Program-made: the position numbers and the translations under genes | Shown: positions 39,050 through 49,820 of the stretch, piece by piece | Layout of the letters: each line of letters begins with the position of its first letter | Position numbering within the stretch: the stretch's first letter is position 1 | Assembly: GCA_964357615.1 (NCBI GenBank) | Contig: CAYHMC010000007.1 | Span: 4,896 to 68,895 of the forward strand | Reading direction: 5' to 3' | Origin: an uncultured Candidatus Saccharibacteria bacterium | Lineage (GTDB): Bacteria; Patescibacteriota; Minisyncoccia; UBA6257; JACOXY01 | Length of the DNA: 64,000 bases | Notes under the pieces: model-generated | Databases searched by the model: none | What the model saw: the letters and a program-made list of their open reading frames with translations, nothing else | What the model was told of the DNA's origin: nothing

Positions 39050-41185
39050 ATGGCAAATCAACAGCTTCTTGATTACATTCGTGAGCAAACTAACGCTGGC
39101 ACAGCACCTGAAGAAATTAAAAATGCGCTTGCCAAAACTGGTTGGCCAAGTAAATACATAGATGAGGGATTTTCTGAATTAGGTCACGCGCCAGTCACTT
39201 CGCCCTTACAAATCAATCCCCAAACAATAGGACAGCCAATCATACAAGAAACCGAACCTTTACGAAACTCGCAATCATATACTCCCTTATCTACTAATGA
39301 CCAGACTTCGGAAAACTCAACTTACGCAGAACCAAACCACAAAAACAGGAGCGGATTAGGACTGGCTCTTTTTGTCTTTGGCTTAATTATTATATTGGGT
39401 AGCGCAGTTGCATATGGATACATAATGAAAATTGGACCATTTGCTAGCGTTGTGCCATACACTGAAGATAATTTATTTTCAGGTTTGCTCACCTCATCAA
39501 ATTTAATAAATAGCGCAACTTATGAATTTAAAAGCGCCTTAACCATTAATCCAAGGGATGCGAATGCTATGTCTTGGAAGGGGACAGACAAACCAAACCC
39601 CGACTTAGATGCTAAATATAAAAGAGATTACAAAAGATCTGAAGCAATTGCTGATATTCTTGGCGAATTAACGGGGAAAAAAATTCCATATCCAGCAACC
39701 ATACAAGAAGCGATTAGCTATAGTTCTTCTTCGTACTACCGCATCGAAATAAATGATCCAACCACAAATAAACCATTTGAATACAAAGCAACAGAGAATG
39801 GAAATAATTTTTCCATAACAGTTACCTTTGAAACAGATAATGCAATTTCGGCAATAAAAAAAGCATATAAATATTCTTCAACCTCAACGCCTATTTCTAA
39901 CAAGCAAGTTACTTTCACTAAAAATAGTGCAAATTATTTTTATCTTCCAAGTACTTTGCCAAAACCACTGATACTTCAATTAGAAGAATCTTTTAACTAT
40001 TTACCACCGGGCACTTCTGGAGATTTCTCAATTAGCGCCACAGCCGACCGCAATGAACAAAATACCGACTGGAAGTTTAATGTTACTGCAAATGGTGACT
40101 TTGGAGACTTAACTTATAAAGTAAATCTTGATACTCTTAGAAAAAATAAGAATTATTATTTCAAAATTAACAATTTTCCCGATATTTTCCTTGCCTTTAT
40201 ACCCTCAATTGCAGCACTAAAAGGTTCATGGATTAAAATTGCCGGAAATTCAACTTCAACCGCACCTCTTTCACTAGATCCACTATCGATGCTTGCGAAA
40301 GAAATTCCAGAAGCAGAAGAATCGTACAAAAAGAATAAACAAGAATTTGTAGATGCGCTTAAAAAAACAGCGGAAATTGCCGACAGCGAAAATTTAATAA
40401 GCTTTAAAAACTCGCCAAAAAGCGAGCAAGTCGATAGGCGTAATTTATATCGATACGACTTAAAAATAAACAAGGAGGCTATTTTACCATTTTATAAAAA
40501 AATTCTTAGTGAAAATAAAAAAATAAATGATAGCTGGCCAATTCTAGATGATGGTTATGTTGCATATTTAGAAAGTTCAGAATTTAGTGAAATTTTTGAT
40601 TTTTATGACAAAAATACTTCTCTAACTCTTTGGGTAGACCAAAATGGATTTCCTGCGATATTAAGTTACGATATACGCGTTACACCACCAGATTCTGCAA
40701 TTCAGCTAAAAGAGAAACAAATAAATATTGTTCTAAAACTTACATTAACTGATATTAACGAATCAATAGACATTGAGGAACCTAAAGATGCAAAATCACT
40801 AGAAGACTTAGCATCCTTAAATAATACTACTTCGACAAGTATCAAAAACAACAACAATTCCATAATTATGTGCAATGATGAAGTATGCTTTAATCCAGAA
40901 TTTAAGAAGTGTGCAACTGGGTCAAGCTTTACCAAAAAAATAAATACAGATGGAGTGAGCTTGCTCACTATTATTGGTGCCGAATCAGGGAAATGCAATA
41001 TTGAAACTAAAATTATAAAAAGCCCTCTTAAAAACTTTGAAAATAAAACGATGGTTTGCTTATTAAATAATTCTAAAAACTTTACCGATGCAGCAATTGA
41101 ACTTGACTCTCAATTGAATAGCAATCTTGGGCAGTCGCCTTGCAAAGGAGAATTATTTGAAATAATGAAAGCTCTAAAAAATTAG
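39050..41185 (+). CDS. Hypothetical large membrane-anchored extracytoplasmic protein
   Basis: 711 aa. A soluble N-terminal ~100 aa precedes a TM segment (GLGLALFVFGLIIILGSAVAYGYI) and a large extracytoplasmic region. No recognised family. Confidence 0.4.
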   Translation: MANQQLLDYIREQTNAGTAPEEIKNALAKTGWPSKYIDEGFSELGHAPVTSPLQINPQTIGQPIIQETEPLRNSQSYTPLSTNDQTSENSTYAEPNHKNRSGLGLALFVFGLIIILGSAVAYGYIMKIGPFASVVPYTEDNLFSGLLTSSNLINSATYEFKSALTINPRDANAMSWKGTDKPNPDLDAKYKRDYKRSEAIADILGELTGKKIPYPATIQEAISYSSSSYYRIEINDPTTNKPFEYKATENGNNFSITVTFETDNAISAIKKAYKYSSTSTPISNKQVTFTKNSANYFYLPSTLPKPLILQLEESFNYLPPGTSGDFSISATADRNEQNTDWKFNVTANGDFGDLTYKVNLDTLRKNKNYYFKINNFPDIFLAFIPSIAALKGSWIKIAGNSTSTAPLSLDPLSMLAKEIPEAEESYKKNKQEFVDALKKTAEIADSENLISFKNSPKSEQVDRRNLYRYDLKINKEAILPFYKKILSENKKINDSWPILDDGYVAYLESSEFSEIFDFYDKNTSLTLWVDQNGFPAILSYDIRVTPPDSAIQLKEKQINIVLKLTLTDINESIDIEEPKDAKSLEDLASLNNTTSTSIKNNNNSIIMCNDEVCFNPEFKKCATGSSFTKKINTDGVSLLTIIGAESGKCNIETKIIKSPLKNFENKTMVCLLNNSKNFTDAAIELDSQLNSNLGQSPCKGELFEIMKALKN

Positions 41186-41266
41186 AAAATAAATCTATTG
41201 CAAAAAAACTATTAAATGCTATTTTTAGTAGTGTTACTACTAAAAATCATAAAATTATTTAAAAAT

Positions 41267-41821
41267 ATGAAAAAAATTATTATTGGCTTAGCTGTAATTG
41301 CAGTTTTGTTTCTAGGATACGGACTATCAATTTACAATAGTTTAATTAGCTCGAATGAATCTATAAATAACGGGTGGGCTCAAGTAGAAACTCAATATCA
41401 ACGAAGATTCGATTTAATTCCAAACCTAGTTGAATCAGTTAAGGGAATAATGAAGCAAGAGCAAGCTATTTTTCTAGCAATCGCTGATGCGCGCACTCGT
41501 TACTCTGGAGCAAAAAGCGTGGATGAAAAAGCAGTGGCAGCAACAAAACTGGAAAGTGAGTTTAGTAGATTACTTCTTATAATGGAAAATTACCCAACGC
41601 TTAAATCTTCAGAAAGCGTAACCACTTTAATGACACAATTAGAGGGAACAGAAAACAGAATCAGCGTAGAAAGAAAACGATTTAACGACACAATAAAAGA
41701 ATTTAATCTAACTATAAAAAGATTTCCGAGTAGCATTGTAGCTAGTATGTTTGGTTTTTCAGAACGACAATATTTTGAATCAGTAGTTGGATCCGAAAAT
41801 GCACCAAAAGTTCAAATCTAG
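41267..41821 (+). CDS. lemA: LemA family protein. The track ORF starts at 41216; the preferred start is ATG 41267.
   Basis: MKKIIIGLAVIAVLFLGYGLSIYNSLISSNESINNGWAQVETQYQRRFDLIPNLVESVKG...LIMENYPTLKSSE...KRFNDTIKEFNLTIKRFPSSIVASMFGF is the classic LemA pattern. Confidence 0.8.
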   Translation: MKKIIIGLAVIAVLFLGYGLSIYNSLISSNESINNGWAQVETQYQRRFDLIPNLVESVKGIMKQEQAIFLAIADARTRYSGAKSVDEKAVAATKLESEFSRLLLIMENYPTLKSSESVTTLMTQLEGTENRISVERKRFNDTIKEFNLTIKRFPSSIVASMFGFSERQYFESVVGSENAPKVQI

Positions 41822-42707
41822 TTTTATTCTAAACTTTAAATACTTCATTTTTATTGGGACATTTTTTTTGTTGCCCATTCCAATTTTTGCCTACATAAAT
41901 CCCGGAGCTCCATCGGGCTTTGTAAATGACTTCGCCAAGATTTTAAACACCGAAAACGAATCCCTGCTTGAAGAAAAAATTGCTTCTTTTGAAAAAGCGA
42001 CAAGAAATGAAATTGCCATAGCGATAATACAAAACTTGAGTGGCGATACAATTGAAAATTATGCTGAAAAACTTTTTAGCGACTGGGGTATCGGTAAGAA
42101 AAATTCTGACAACGGCGTATTAATTCTTATTGCAATTGAAGATCGCCAAATGCGAATCGAGGTTGGGTATGGCCTTGAAGGCTCATTAACAGACGCTCAG
42201 AGCATTTGGATAATTAACAACTCAATGAAGCCAGCTTTTCAGAAAAATGATTTTTACATTGGGATAAACGATGCGATTGATAAAATTATTTCCGCAACAA
42301 AGGGAGAAATTATACCAAGCGAATCAGCAGATAATCCCCTAAGTATCGGAAATGGTTTTGATTTTTTTGAAGGAATTGTAGCTTTTATTTTTGTAGGGTT
42401 TTCTTTTTTAGGAAGTATTTTAAGTCGCTCAAAATCTTGGTGGGCTGGTGGTATTGTGGGTGCAATTATTGGCATCATAACAGGATTTTATGTTGGCTTT
42501 ATTCCTTTTGGAATTTTATTAACTATTACACTTACGCTTTTGGGTTTAGCTTTTGATCACTTAGTCTCTGGCAACTACGCTCGAATGAGGGCCCTGGGCA
42601 AAAACCCGTCATGGTGGGCTGGCGGTAGGGGGTTTGGCGGATCTAGTGGTTCCGGTGGATTTGGAGGTGGTCGTTCTGGTGGCGGTGGCGCAAGTGGTCG
42701 ATGGTAG
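41787..42707 (+). CDS. TPM-domain (YgcG/TLP18.3-like) membrane protein with Gly-rich C-terminus
   Basis: VNDFAKILNTENESLLEEKIASFEKATRNEIAIAIIQNL...NGVLILIAIEDRQMRIEVGYGLEG..TD matches the TPM phosphatase fold. TM segments and a GGGRSGGGGASGRW tail follow. This is the usual LemA-TPM gene pair. Confidence 0.7.
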   Translation: MDPKMHQKFKSSFILNFKYFIFIGTFFLLPIPIFAYINPGAPSGFVNDFAKILNTENESLLEEKIASFEKATRNEIAIAIIQNLSGDTIENYAEKLFSDWGIGKKNSDNGVLILIAIEDRQMRIEVGYGLEGSLTDAQSIWIINNSMKPAFQKNDFYIGINDAIDKIISATKGEIIPSESADNPLSIGNGFDFFEGIVAFIFVGFSFLGSILSRSKSWWAGGIVGAIIGIITGFYVGFIPFGILLTITLTLLGLAFDHLVSGNYARMRALGKNPSWWAGGRGFGGSSGSGGFGGGRSGGGGASGRW

Positions 42708-42764
42708 AAAGAATATTTTTATATTCTATTTGACAACAGTTGATATCTAAGTTATTTTATTCAC

Positions 42765-43103
42765 ATGATTTCAAAAGACTCGCTAACAAACTATAAAATA
42801 AAGCTGGAAGATGAGAAGGCAATTTTAGAGCAGGAAATAAAAGACTTGGAACAGAAGCCAGATTTTGGAGGAGATTCAGTTGATATTGAAACAGAAGAAT
42901 CTGACGAATCGGAAGTTATATCAACAAATCTTGCATTGGCACAACCACTAAAAGAGCGACTGAGTGAAGTTAATGACGCACTTTCTAAAATTGTAAATGG
43001 TGGCTTCGGGGTTTGTGAAAAATGCAAAAATGAAATTGACGAAGAGTTACTTTCTATAAATCCAGAATCTAGACTTTGTAGAAAGTGCAAACTAGAGCTT
43101 TAA
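42765..43103 (+). CDS. DksA/TraR-family C4-type zinc-finger protein
   Basis: 112 aa. Coiled-coil N-terminus, then CEKCKNEI...RLCRKCK with four Cys arranged as in DksA/TraR. Confidence 0.6.
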   Translation: MISKDSLTNYKIKLEDEKAILEQEIKDLEQKPDFGGDSVDIETEESDESEVISTNLALAQPLKERLSEVNDALSKIVNGGFGVCEKCKNEIDEELLSINPESRLCRKCKLEL

Positions 43104-43158
43104 ATTTATAAATCTTGTTATTAAACTGCTCTAAATAAAAATTGGGGCTGAATTTTTT

Positions 43159-44712
43159 ATGTCTTCTTTTTCTAAAGTATTTTCAGCTGAACTTGAGGGA
43201 ATTAATGCCAGATTAATTGATGTGGAGGTGGACACTTTAGTCGGCCTACATTCTTTTAATATTGTAGGCCTTGCCGACAAAGCTCTCTCCGAAGCAAAAG
43301 AGAGAGTTAACTCAGCTTTAAAAAACTCTGACATTAAACCACCCAACAAAGAGAATAGGAAAATAACAGTAAATCTTGCTCCAGCGGACATAAAGAAAGC
43401 TGGATCGCAATACGATCTTGCTATTGCGATTGGTTACGCGCTTACCACAGAACAAATAAGACCATTTGATACAAAAGATAAAGTTTTTGTTGGGGAACTT
43501 GCGCTAAACGGAGAACTTCGCCCAATAAGTGGAGCACTAAGCATAGCTGAAATGGCAGAAGGACTTGGATATAAATATTTATTTCTTCCAAAAACCAACG
43601 CTGAAGAAGCGAATATAATAAAAAGAATAAATGTTATTGGGGTAGAGACACTAAAAGAACTGATAAGTTTTCTTGAAAATCCAGAGAAACTACACATTTC
43701 ACCAAAAGAAAACACGAAAACAAAAAATGAAAGTAATGAATTCAAAATCACGCTAGACGATATTCGTGGCCAAGAAAATGCAAAACGGGCGCTAATCATC
43801 TCGGCTTCTGGTGGTCATAATCTGCTAATGACAGGCACTCCTGGCGCCGGCAAAAGCATTATAGCCGAGAGTATAATATCTATTTTACCAGAAACAACAC
43901 CAGAAGAATCAATTGAGATAACAAAAGTTTGGAGTGCCGCAGGCCTTAATAAAGGAGGGTTAATAAGTGTTCGTCCTTTCCGATCACCACACCATAGCGC
44001 TTCAATTATCTCTGTGGTTGGAGGAGGCTCAAACCCAAAACCAGGAGAAATAAGCTTAGCGCATCGTGGTGTTTTATTCTTAGATGAAATGCCAGAATTT
44101 CCGCGAAGCATCCTTGAGTCTCTTCGTCAGCCACTAGAAAATGGCGAAGTTCGTGTCGCAAGAGCAAAAGCCACGCTAACATTTCCCGCACGCTTTATAC
44201 TTGTTGCCGCCATGAATCCATGCCCTTGTGGTTACTTTGGAGACAAAGAACATGAATGTCGCTGTAGCGCCAACGAAGTTTTTAAATATGAAAAAAGAAT
44301 TTCTGGACCATTACTTGATAGAATCGATTTACAAATATTAGTGCCAAGAGTAAGTGTTGGTGAATTAATGGAAAAAAGACCTAAAAACAACGGCTCGGAA
44401 ACTAAAAAATCTAGGGAACAAATCCAAAGAGCCAGAGATATTCAAACAAAAAGATTTTCTGGACTTAAGGGTCAAAGGAAAATTTTCACTAATGCTGAAA
44501 TGTCATCAAAGGAATGCGAGGAACTAATTCAACTTTCGTCTGACTCTGAAATATTTCTAAAAAAGATTTTAGAAGACAATCTTGTTTCTGCTCGCGGGTA
44601 TTATCGAATTTTAAAAACGGCAAGGACAATTGCAGACCTTGAGGCTTCGTTAGAAGTAAAAAAAGAGCATCTCGCAGAGGCATTTTCATACAGAATAAGA
44701 AACAGAGAATAG
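43159..44712 (+). CDS. comM: YifB/ComM family Mg-chelatase-like AAA+ ATPase
   Basis: 517 aa. An N-terminal Lon-protease-like domain (SAELEGINARLIDVEVD) is followed by Walker A MTGTPGAGKS, Walker B VLFLDEMPEF, and the C-terminal ChlI-like region. Confidence 0.85.
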   Translation: MSSFSKVFSAELEGINARLIDVEVDTLVGLHSFNIVGLADKALSEAKERVNSALKNSDIKPPNKENRKITVNLAPADIKKAGSQYDLAIAIGYALTTEQIRPFDTKDKVFVGELALNGELRPISGALSIAEMAEGLGYKYLFLPKTNAEEANIIKRINVIGVETLKELISFLENPEKLHISPKENTKTKNESNEFKITLDDIRGQENAKRALIISASGGHNLLMTGTPGAGKSIIAESIISILPETTPEESIEITKVWSAAGLNKGGLISVRPFRSPHHSASIISVVGGGSNPKPGEISLAHRGVLFLDEMPEFPRSILESLRQPLENGEVRVARAKATLTFPARFILVAAMNPCPCGYFGDKEHECRCSANEVFKYEKRISGPLLDRIDLQILVPRVSVGELMEKRPKNNGSETKKSREQIQRARDIQTKRFSGLKGQRKIFTNAEMSSKECEELIQLSSDSEIFLKKILEDNLVSARGYYRILKTARTIADLEASLEVKKEHLAEAFSYRIRNRE

Positions 44713-45000
44713 AGGCGCGAAAGTAAAAATGCTATAATTTAAATATGGATAATAATGATAAGGTACCTCAATTTGCTAAAGAAATTTTTCTTGCTTTTTC
44801 AGTTTTTGCAATTTGCAATCTTACCACTCAAGTAGTATTAGGAACTTTTTTTGATAATAGTTTAATATATTCCGTTCCCATAGCATCGTTTCTAATTATC
44901 TTTTATAAAAAAGGCGCGGAGTGGTAATAAAAAATATAATAATGACGATAATTAATGTTAATTATTTACGCTCATCTTCGATGAGATATCTCTAAGTGGA

Positions 45001-45573
45001 ATGAATAAAAATCGAACCATTACACCTAATGCCATTTTGATGGTCATCATAGTAGTTTTAGGAATTATAATTTTTGTAATTGCTAAAAACTACAAAGAAA
45101 GCACACTAAATAATATTGGTCCAAATTGCGAACTCGGAAAATGCTCGGAAGTAAATACCAAAACAAAAGATTGGCAAACCTACGACAACAAGGAATATGG
45201 ATTTGCGGTCAAATTTCCATCTGAATTAAAAAGCCAAGAAAAAACAGAAGGAAGTGGCATTAATTTTTTGGGTGAACTAAATGGTAAAAACTTTTTTCTA
45301 AATTTTGAATACATTTCGCAAAATACGCTCAATTTAATGGGAATAACGGCCTGTGAAGCACATCCAGAAAGCCCCGCTTGCGAGCATTTTTCTTATAATG
45401 GTTTAAATTTCATAATTAGTTGGAATACAGAAAATGAAGGAATGTACTCGGGGTCTAGAGCCGAAATTTTAAAACCTGATGGTGGTAAAATTGTTATCAG
45501 CACTCTTTATTCGCCAAGCCAAGAAATCAAAACGCTTTTTAGATTAATGCTTTCCACATTTAAATTTTTATAA
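45001..45573 (+). CDS. Hypothetical membrane-anchored or secreted protein
   Basis: 190 aa with an N-terminal TM segment (AILMVIIVVLGIIIFVIA). No recognised family. Confidence 0.35.
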   Translation: MNKNRTITPNAILMVIIVVLGIIIFVIAKNYKESTLNNIGPNCELGKCSEVNTKTKDWQTYDNKEYGFAVKFPSELKSQEKTEGSGINFLGELNGKNFFLNFEYISQNTLNLMGITACEAHPESPACEHFSYNGLNFIISWNTENEGMYSGSRAEILKPDGGKIVISTLYSPSQEIKTLFRLMLSTFKFL

Positions 45574-45646
45574 AAATCAGCAATTGCTATAACCCTACAT
45601 ACATGCTAAAAAAATAATAGCTCTGTTGCTTAGCTGGTGGTAATAA

Positions 45647-46216
45647 ATGGAAGTGGTGAATCGAAGATCTTTGCTTATAGCAATGTTTTTAGGAGTTTTT
45701 TATGGATGTGTAAATGCTATGAAAGCAATTCGTAGCACAATAAAACTAGGTATTAAACTATATGATAAGGGTGATATGCTTTTTGAAACTCAATACTGGT
45801 ATGCATCATTAAAAAATGATCAAACATACCTAGGAAGTGCATTTCTTAGACTTAGGAGAGTAGAAAGTAATTTTGGAAACTTAACAAACGAAGAAATGCT
45901 TGAGCTACTAAAGATAATCGATATGATAGAGCGAACAACTAAAAAAATCTTTGGCTCTTCTCATGCCAATTGGTTTTGTTTAATGAATCATGCATATCGC
46001 ATTCATCCACCAATTCCATTAGTGCATATTCATCTTCATCCAAGATATATGCAACAGAAAATTATTTTTGCGGGATATGAATTTACAGATAACGCTCCTG
46101 CGGAGCTTTTTGAATCAAAAGATGTGATTGTACCAGATAGCGTGCGCAAAGAAATTATTCGCGCATACCAAGAAGAATTTAGAAATTACGAACTACTGCC
46201 GACTAATTTTAACTAG
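45647..46216 (+). CDS. HIT (histidine triad)-like domain protein
   Basis: The C-terminal region contains LVHIHLHPRY, matching the HxHxHxx histidine-triad motif. The ~100-aa N-terminal portion is unassigned. Confidence 0.45.
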   Translation: MEVVNRRSLLIAMFLGVFYGCVNAMKAIRSTIKLGIKLYDKGDMLFETQYWYASLKNDQTYLGSAFLRLRRVESNFGNLTNEEMLELLKIIDMIERTTKKIFGSSHANWFCLMNHAYRIHPPIPLVHIHLHPRYMQQKIIFAGYEFTDNAPAELFESKDVIVPDSVRKEIIRAYQEEFRNYELLPTNFN

Positions 46217-46631
46217 TCGGTTTTTTATATGTTAAACATCTGTTGTTTAACATATAATCTGTTTGTTGATAAACAAATTCTAATCTGTATTTATAAAATT
46301 AAGTGGACTCGCCTCAATCAAACACGATAACCTTATTATCAAATAATTCAGATTTTGATTATTTTAAAAACGGATTCGGAGAATCACTTTGCTAAATACT
46401 TGAGAGTGAGTTGCGAGATTAAATTAAAAAATTCTAGGCTTGTCGACACTGCTGTATCCACTGCGATACAGCAGTGAGGCATAATGAAGAAATTTTTAAT
46501 TTTAACCGCAACCCAAGGGGACATACTAATTTTTGGTAATCGCTACGTTGCTCCTCGTCGTCGTATAGCTATGGATACGCCTTCTTCGTCGCGCCTTGCA
46601 CTTACAAAAAATTAGCTATGTCGCGCTTCAA

Positions 46632-47714
46632 TTATTTAGTAAAGGGATTCCTAGCTCCGTGAACTTCAAAGTGAACATGACACCCTGTGGCTTTGCCTGT
46701 TTTACCAATTTTAGCAATAGTATCGCCTTTTTCTACATAACCACCAATTTCTACTAGATTCTCAAGTGTATGAGCATATAGAGTTTCAGTTCCGTTTTGA
46801 TGTTCTAAAACAACATATCCTCCGTATCCACCATTCCATAGACTTGGATTGCCTACTTTGGTTACCATGCCCGAAGCAGATGCCGTTATTTTAGTCCCGC
46901 AAACATTGGCGAAATCAACTGCATTACTACTATGAAGAACGCCCCAATTTAAACTATTAGATGGTACTGGATAAGCAAAAAAACCCGCTAAACTTGGGAG
47001 ATTATTTTGGCTTTCTTTTGCTATAGCAGACAATGACCTAAGTGGCTTACCGTTAGGAATGATTAACTTAGCTCCAGGCATTATTTCATTTGGATTTTCT
47101 ATATCGTTGGTCTTTATAATAGTTGACTCAGAAATACCAAACGATGCAGATATAGATTCAATAGTATCTCCTGGCTTTGCCTCATAAATAACACCAGAAA
47201 CTGGAAGGATTATAAGTTCACTACCTTCTTTTAATGAGCTATTTTTACTCAATCCATTTGCCCAGATAATTGTATTCAATGATATTCCAAACTGAGAAGC
47301 TATTTTTGAAAGATTATCGCCATCTTGCACCGCATAAGTTAAAACATCACCATCATGATTTGCAGTTGACTCTCCAGAAACTGCTACGCTATTTAAAAGA
47401 ATTGCATTTTTAACGATATAAAGCTCTGGGATATCATCCTCAATAAAAATAGTACTATATTCTTCGCTGAAAACATCTCCAGACGGCGATACTGCTTTAA
47501 GAATTGTGCCATTATTTGAAATATCGCCAGATTCAAGTAAAAGGTCTTCTGGCCCACCCATCGCAAAGCTATTTCTAACGCCCACTAAAAGCTCAGAGGA
47601 CAAAAACCCGCTTACAATAAGCCCGGAAAGCAAAACCAGACCTAAATAGAAATGAATTTTCTTAAAACGCAACTTCAACCTGCTAAAAACCATACTTAAA
47701 CTAGGCTCGGTCAT
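46632..47714 (-). CDS. Peptidase M23 (LytM-type) murein endopeptidase with two LysM domains
   Basis: 360 aa. N-terminal TM segment. LysM repeats YAVQDGDNLSKIASQFGISLNTIIWANGL and YEAKPGDTIESISASFGISESTIIKTNDI. C-terminal M23 core HTLENLVEIGGYVEKGDTIAKIGKTGKATGCHVHFEV. Confidence 0.85.
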   Translation of the reverse strand: MTEPSLSMVFSRLKLRFKKIHFYLGLVLLSGLIVSGFLSSELLVGVRNSFAMGGPEDLLLESGDISNNGTILKAVSPSGDVFSEEYSTIFIEDDIPELYIVKNAILLNSVAVSGESTANHDGDVLTYAVQDGDNLSKIASQFGISLNTIIWANGLSKNSSLKEGSELIILPVSGVIYEAKPGDTIESISASFGISESTIIKTNDIENPNEIMPGAKLIIPNGKPLRSLSAIAKESQNNLPSLAGFFAYPVPSNSLNWGVLHSSNAVDFANVCGTKITASASGMVTKVGNPSLWNGGYGGYVVLEHQNGTETLYAHTLENLVEIGGYVEKGDTIAKIGKTGKATGCHVHFEVHGARNPFTK

Positions 47715-47955
47715 AATTAAAATCTTTTTAATTTTATAGGAGATTTTAATAGATAAAATCTATTAAATTACTTTTTAATACTATCTAAATTACTCTTTTG
47801 ATTGTATTATCGAGAAAAAAGCTTATTTAGTGTATAATTGATTGGAATTACAATCGAATAACACCTTTTTATTATTTGTTACTTGTTTAACAATAAGTAA
47901 CTGTGTTTATAACTAAGAAGTCTAACAAAAAAGTCGCTTATGCGACCCTAAGATT

Positions 47956-49791
47956 ATGATAGCACACAACCTAAACTCAAAGCAACTTGAAGCTGTAGAA
48001 AGCTCAAGCGGGCCACTACTTATAATAGCGGGCGCTGGCTCTGGAAAAACAAAAACTCTAACAAATAGACTCCGTTTTTTAATTCAAAGTGGAATAGCAC
48101 CAGAGTCAATTATTGCCATAACCTTTACAAACAAAGCTGCAAATGAAATGGTTGAGAGAATTTATTCGTCAGATGCCTCAAATTTAAATATGGGAGGCAC
48201 TATCGCAAGAACCAAAATGCCGTATGTAGGAACTTTTCATTCTTTTGGAGCCAGAATTTTAAGAACCGAAGCTCACAACTTAAACCGCAACACAAACTAT
48301 ACAATATATGACGGGGATGACTCTCTAGCAGCCCTAAAAAGAACAATTAAAAGTTTAGGGTTGGCCAAAAAAGAAGCTATGGGACCATCTCTTCTGCGTT
48401 ACTATATTTCAAAAATTAAAAGCGAACTTTTAACGCCAATCGATGTCATCGATGACGATAAACTACCCATGCTAAAAGCGGTTTTTGAAGAATATGAGAA
48501 AGAACTAGAACGCAATAATGCCTTTGATTTTGACGACCTTATTCAAAAACCAGTTATGCTTTGGAGGGGAAGTATTGAGCTTTTGCAAAAATACCAAAAT
48601 AAATATCAATATATTTTGGTAGATGAATTTCAAGATGTGAATACTGCTCAATATGAGTTCGTTAGGCTTCTTGCAAAAGTTCACCAGAACATAAATGTAG
48701 TTGGTGACGACGCGCAAGCAATTTACGGCTTTAGGTATGCTAACTATAAACATTTCCTTAATTTTGAAAATGATTGGCCTAACACAAAAATCATTCTTCT
48801 CGAAGAGAATTACAGATCAACCGGAAACATATTAGAAGCAGCTAATGCCATAATAGCGAACAATAAAACTCAAAAACCAAAGAAGCTGTGGACTCAAAAT
48901 AAAAAAGGTACTCTTTTAAAAGTTAAGGAACATAACGACGGAGTTTCTGAAGCAGAATGGATTGCAGAAATCATTAAGTCAGGCGGAACAGATATAGAAT
49001 CCACTGCCATTATTTATAGAACCAATGCTCAATCTAGAGCTATAGAACAAGCTTTAATTGAACAAGATATTCAATATAAAATTTTCGGCAGTATTAGGTT
49101 TTATGATCGTAAAGAAATTAAAGACATCGTTGCCTGTCTTAGGTATGCAACAAACCCAAGAGACGCGGTAAGCGCCGATCGCATACAAAAAAGTTTTTAT
49201 GCAAAACCATTTCGCGAGTTAATTATGAACCTTCCATCTAAAGCAAAAGAATTATCTCCGTTTGAACTTATAATTTATTGCATTAAAACAACAGACTACT
49301 TTGAATACTTAAAGAAAAATTATCCCAACGCAGAAGAAAGGATAGGGAACTTAGAAGAACTTATGGGATTCGCAGAAAAATACACCGAACTCTTTGAGTT
49401 CCTAGAAAAAATTTCTCTATTACAATCAACTGATAACGAAAATGCTAAAGACAATAAATATCAAAGCAAGCTGGGTAGCAATCGCACAATTTCGCTTATG
49501 ACTATTCACATAGCTAAGGGTCTTGAGTTTGACAGAGTAATAGTTTCTGGAGTAAATGAAGGAATCCTGCCACACCAAATGTCTTATGGAACATCAGAAG
49601 AAATTGAGGAGGAGCGCCGATTAATGTATGTAGCAATGACGCGGGCAAAAAAAGAATTGTCTCTAAGTTTTTATGATTTGGGATCGCGCTTTTTATATGA
49701 AATACCACCAGAACTTATCAATTTTGAATCTTCGCTTGGTAATACAGCTGACTTCGTAGACGACGAAGAACGATATATATCCTTTGATTAA
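47956..49791 (+). CDS. UvrD/PcrA/Rep-family ATP-dependent DNA helicase
   Basis: 611 aa. LNSKQLEAVESSSGPLLIIAGAGSGKTKTLTNR (Walker A), ITFTNKAANEM, VDEFQDVN and further helicase motifs. Confidence 0.85.
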   Translation: MIAHNLNSKQLEAVESSSGPLLIIAGAGSGKTKTLTNRLRFLIQSGIAPESIIAITFTNKAANEMVERIYSSDASNLNMGGTIARTKMPYVGTFHSFGARILRTEAHNLNRNTNYTIYDGDDSLAALKRTIKSLGLAKKEAMGPSLLRYYISKIKSELLTPIDVIDDDKLPMLKAVFEEYEKELERNNAFDFDDLIQKPVMLWRGSIELLQKYQNKYQYILVDEFQDVNTAQYEFVRLLAKVHQNINVVGDDAQAIYGFRYANYKHFLNFENDWPNTKIILLEENYRSTGNILEAANAIIANNKTQKPKKLWTQNKKGTLLKVKEHNDGVSEAEWIAEIIKSGGTDIESTAIIYRTNAQSRAIEQALIEQDIQYKIFGSIRFYDRKEIKDIVACLRYATNPRDAVSADRIQKSFYAKPFRELIMNLPSKAKELSPFELIIYCIKTTDYFEYLKKNYPNAEERIGNLEELMGFAEKYTELFEFLEKISLLQSTDNENAKDNKYQSKLGSNRTISLMTIHIAKGLEFDRVIVSGVNEGILPHQMSYGTSEEIEEERRLMYVAMTRAKKELSLSFYDLGSRFLYEIPPELINFESSLGNTADFVDDEERYISFD

Positions 49792-49820
49792 ATAATGTTT
49801 GAATTTAAACCCAAAACATA

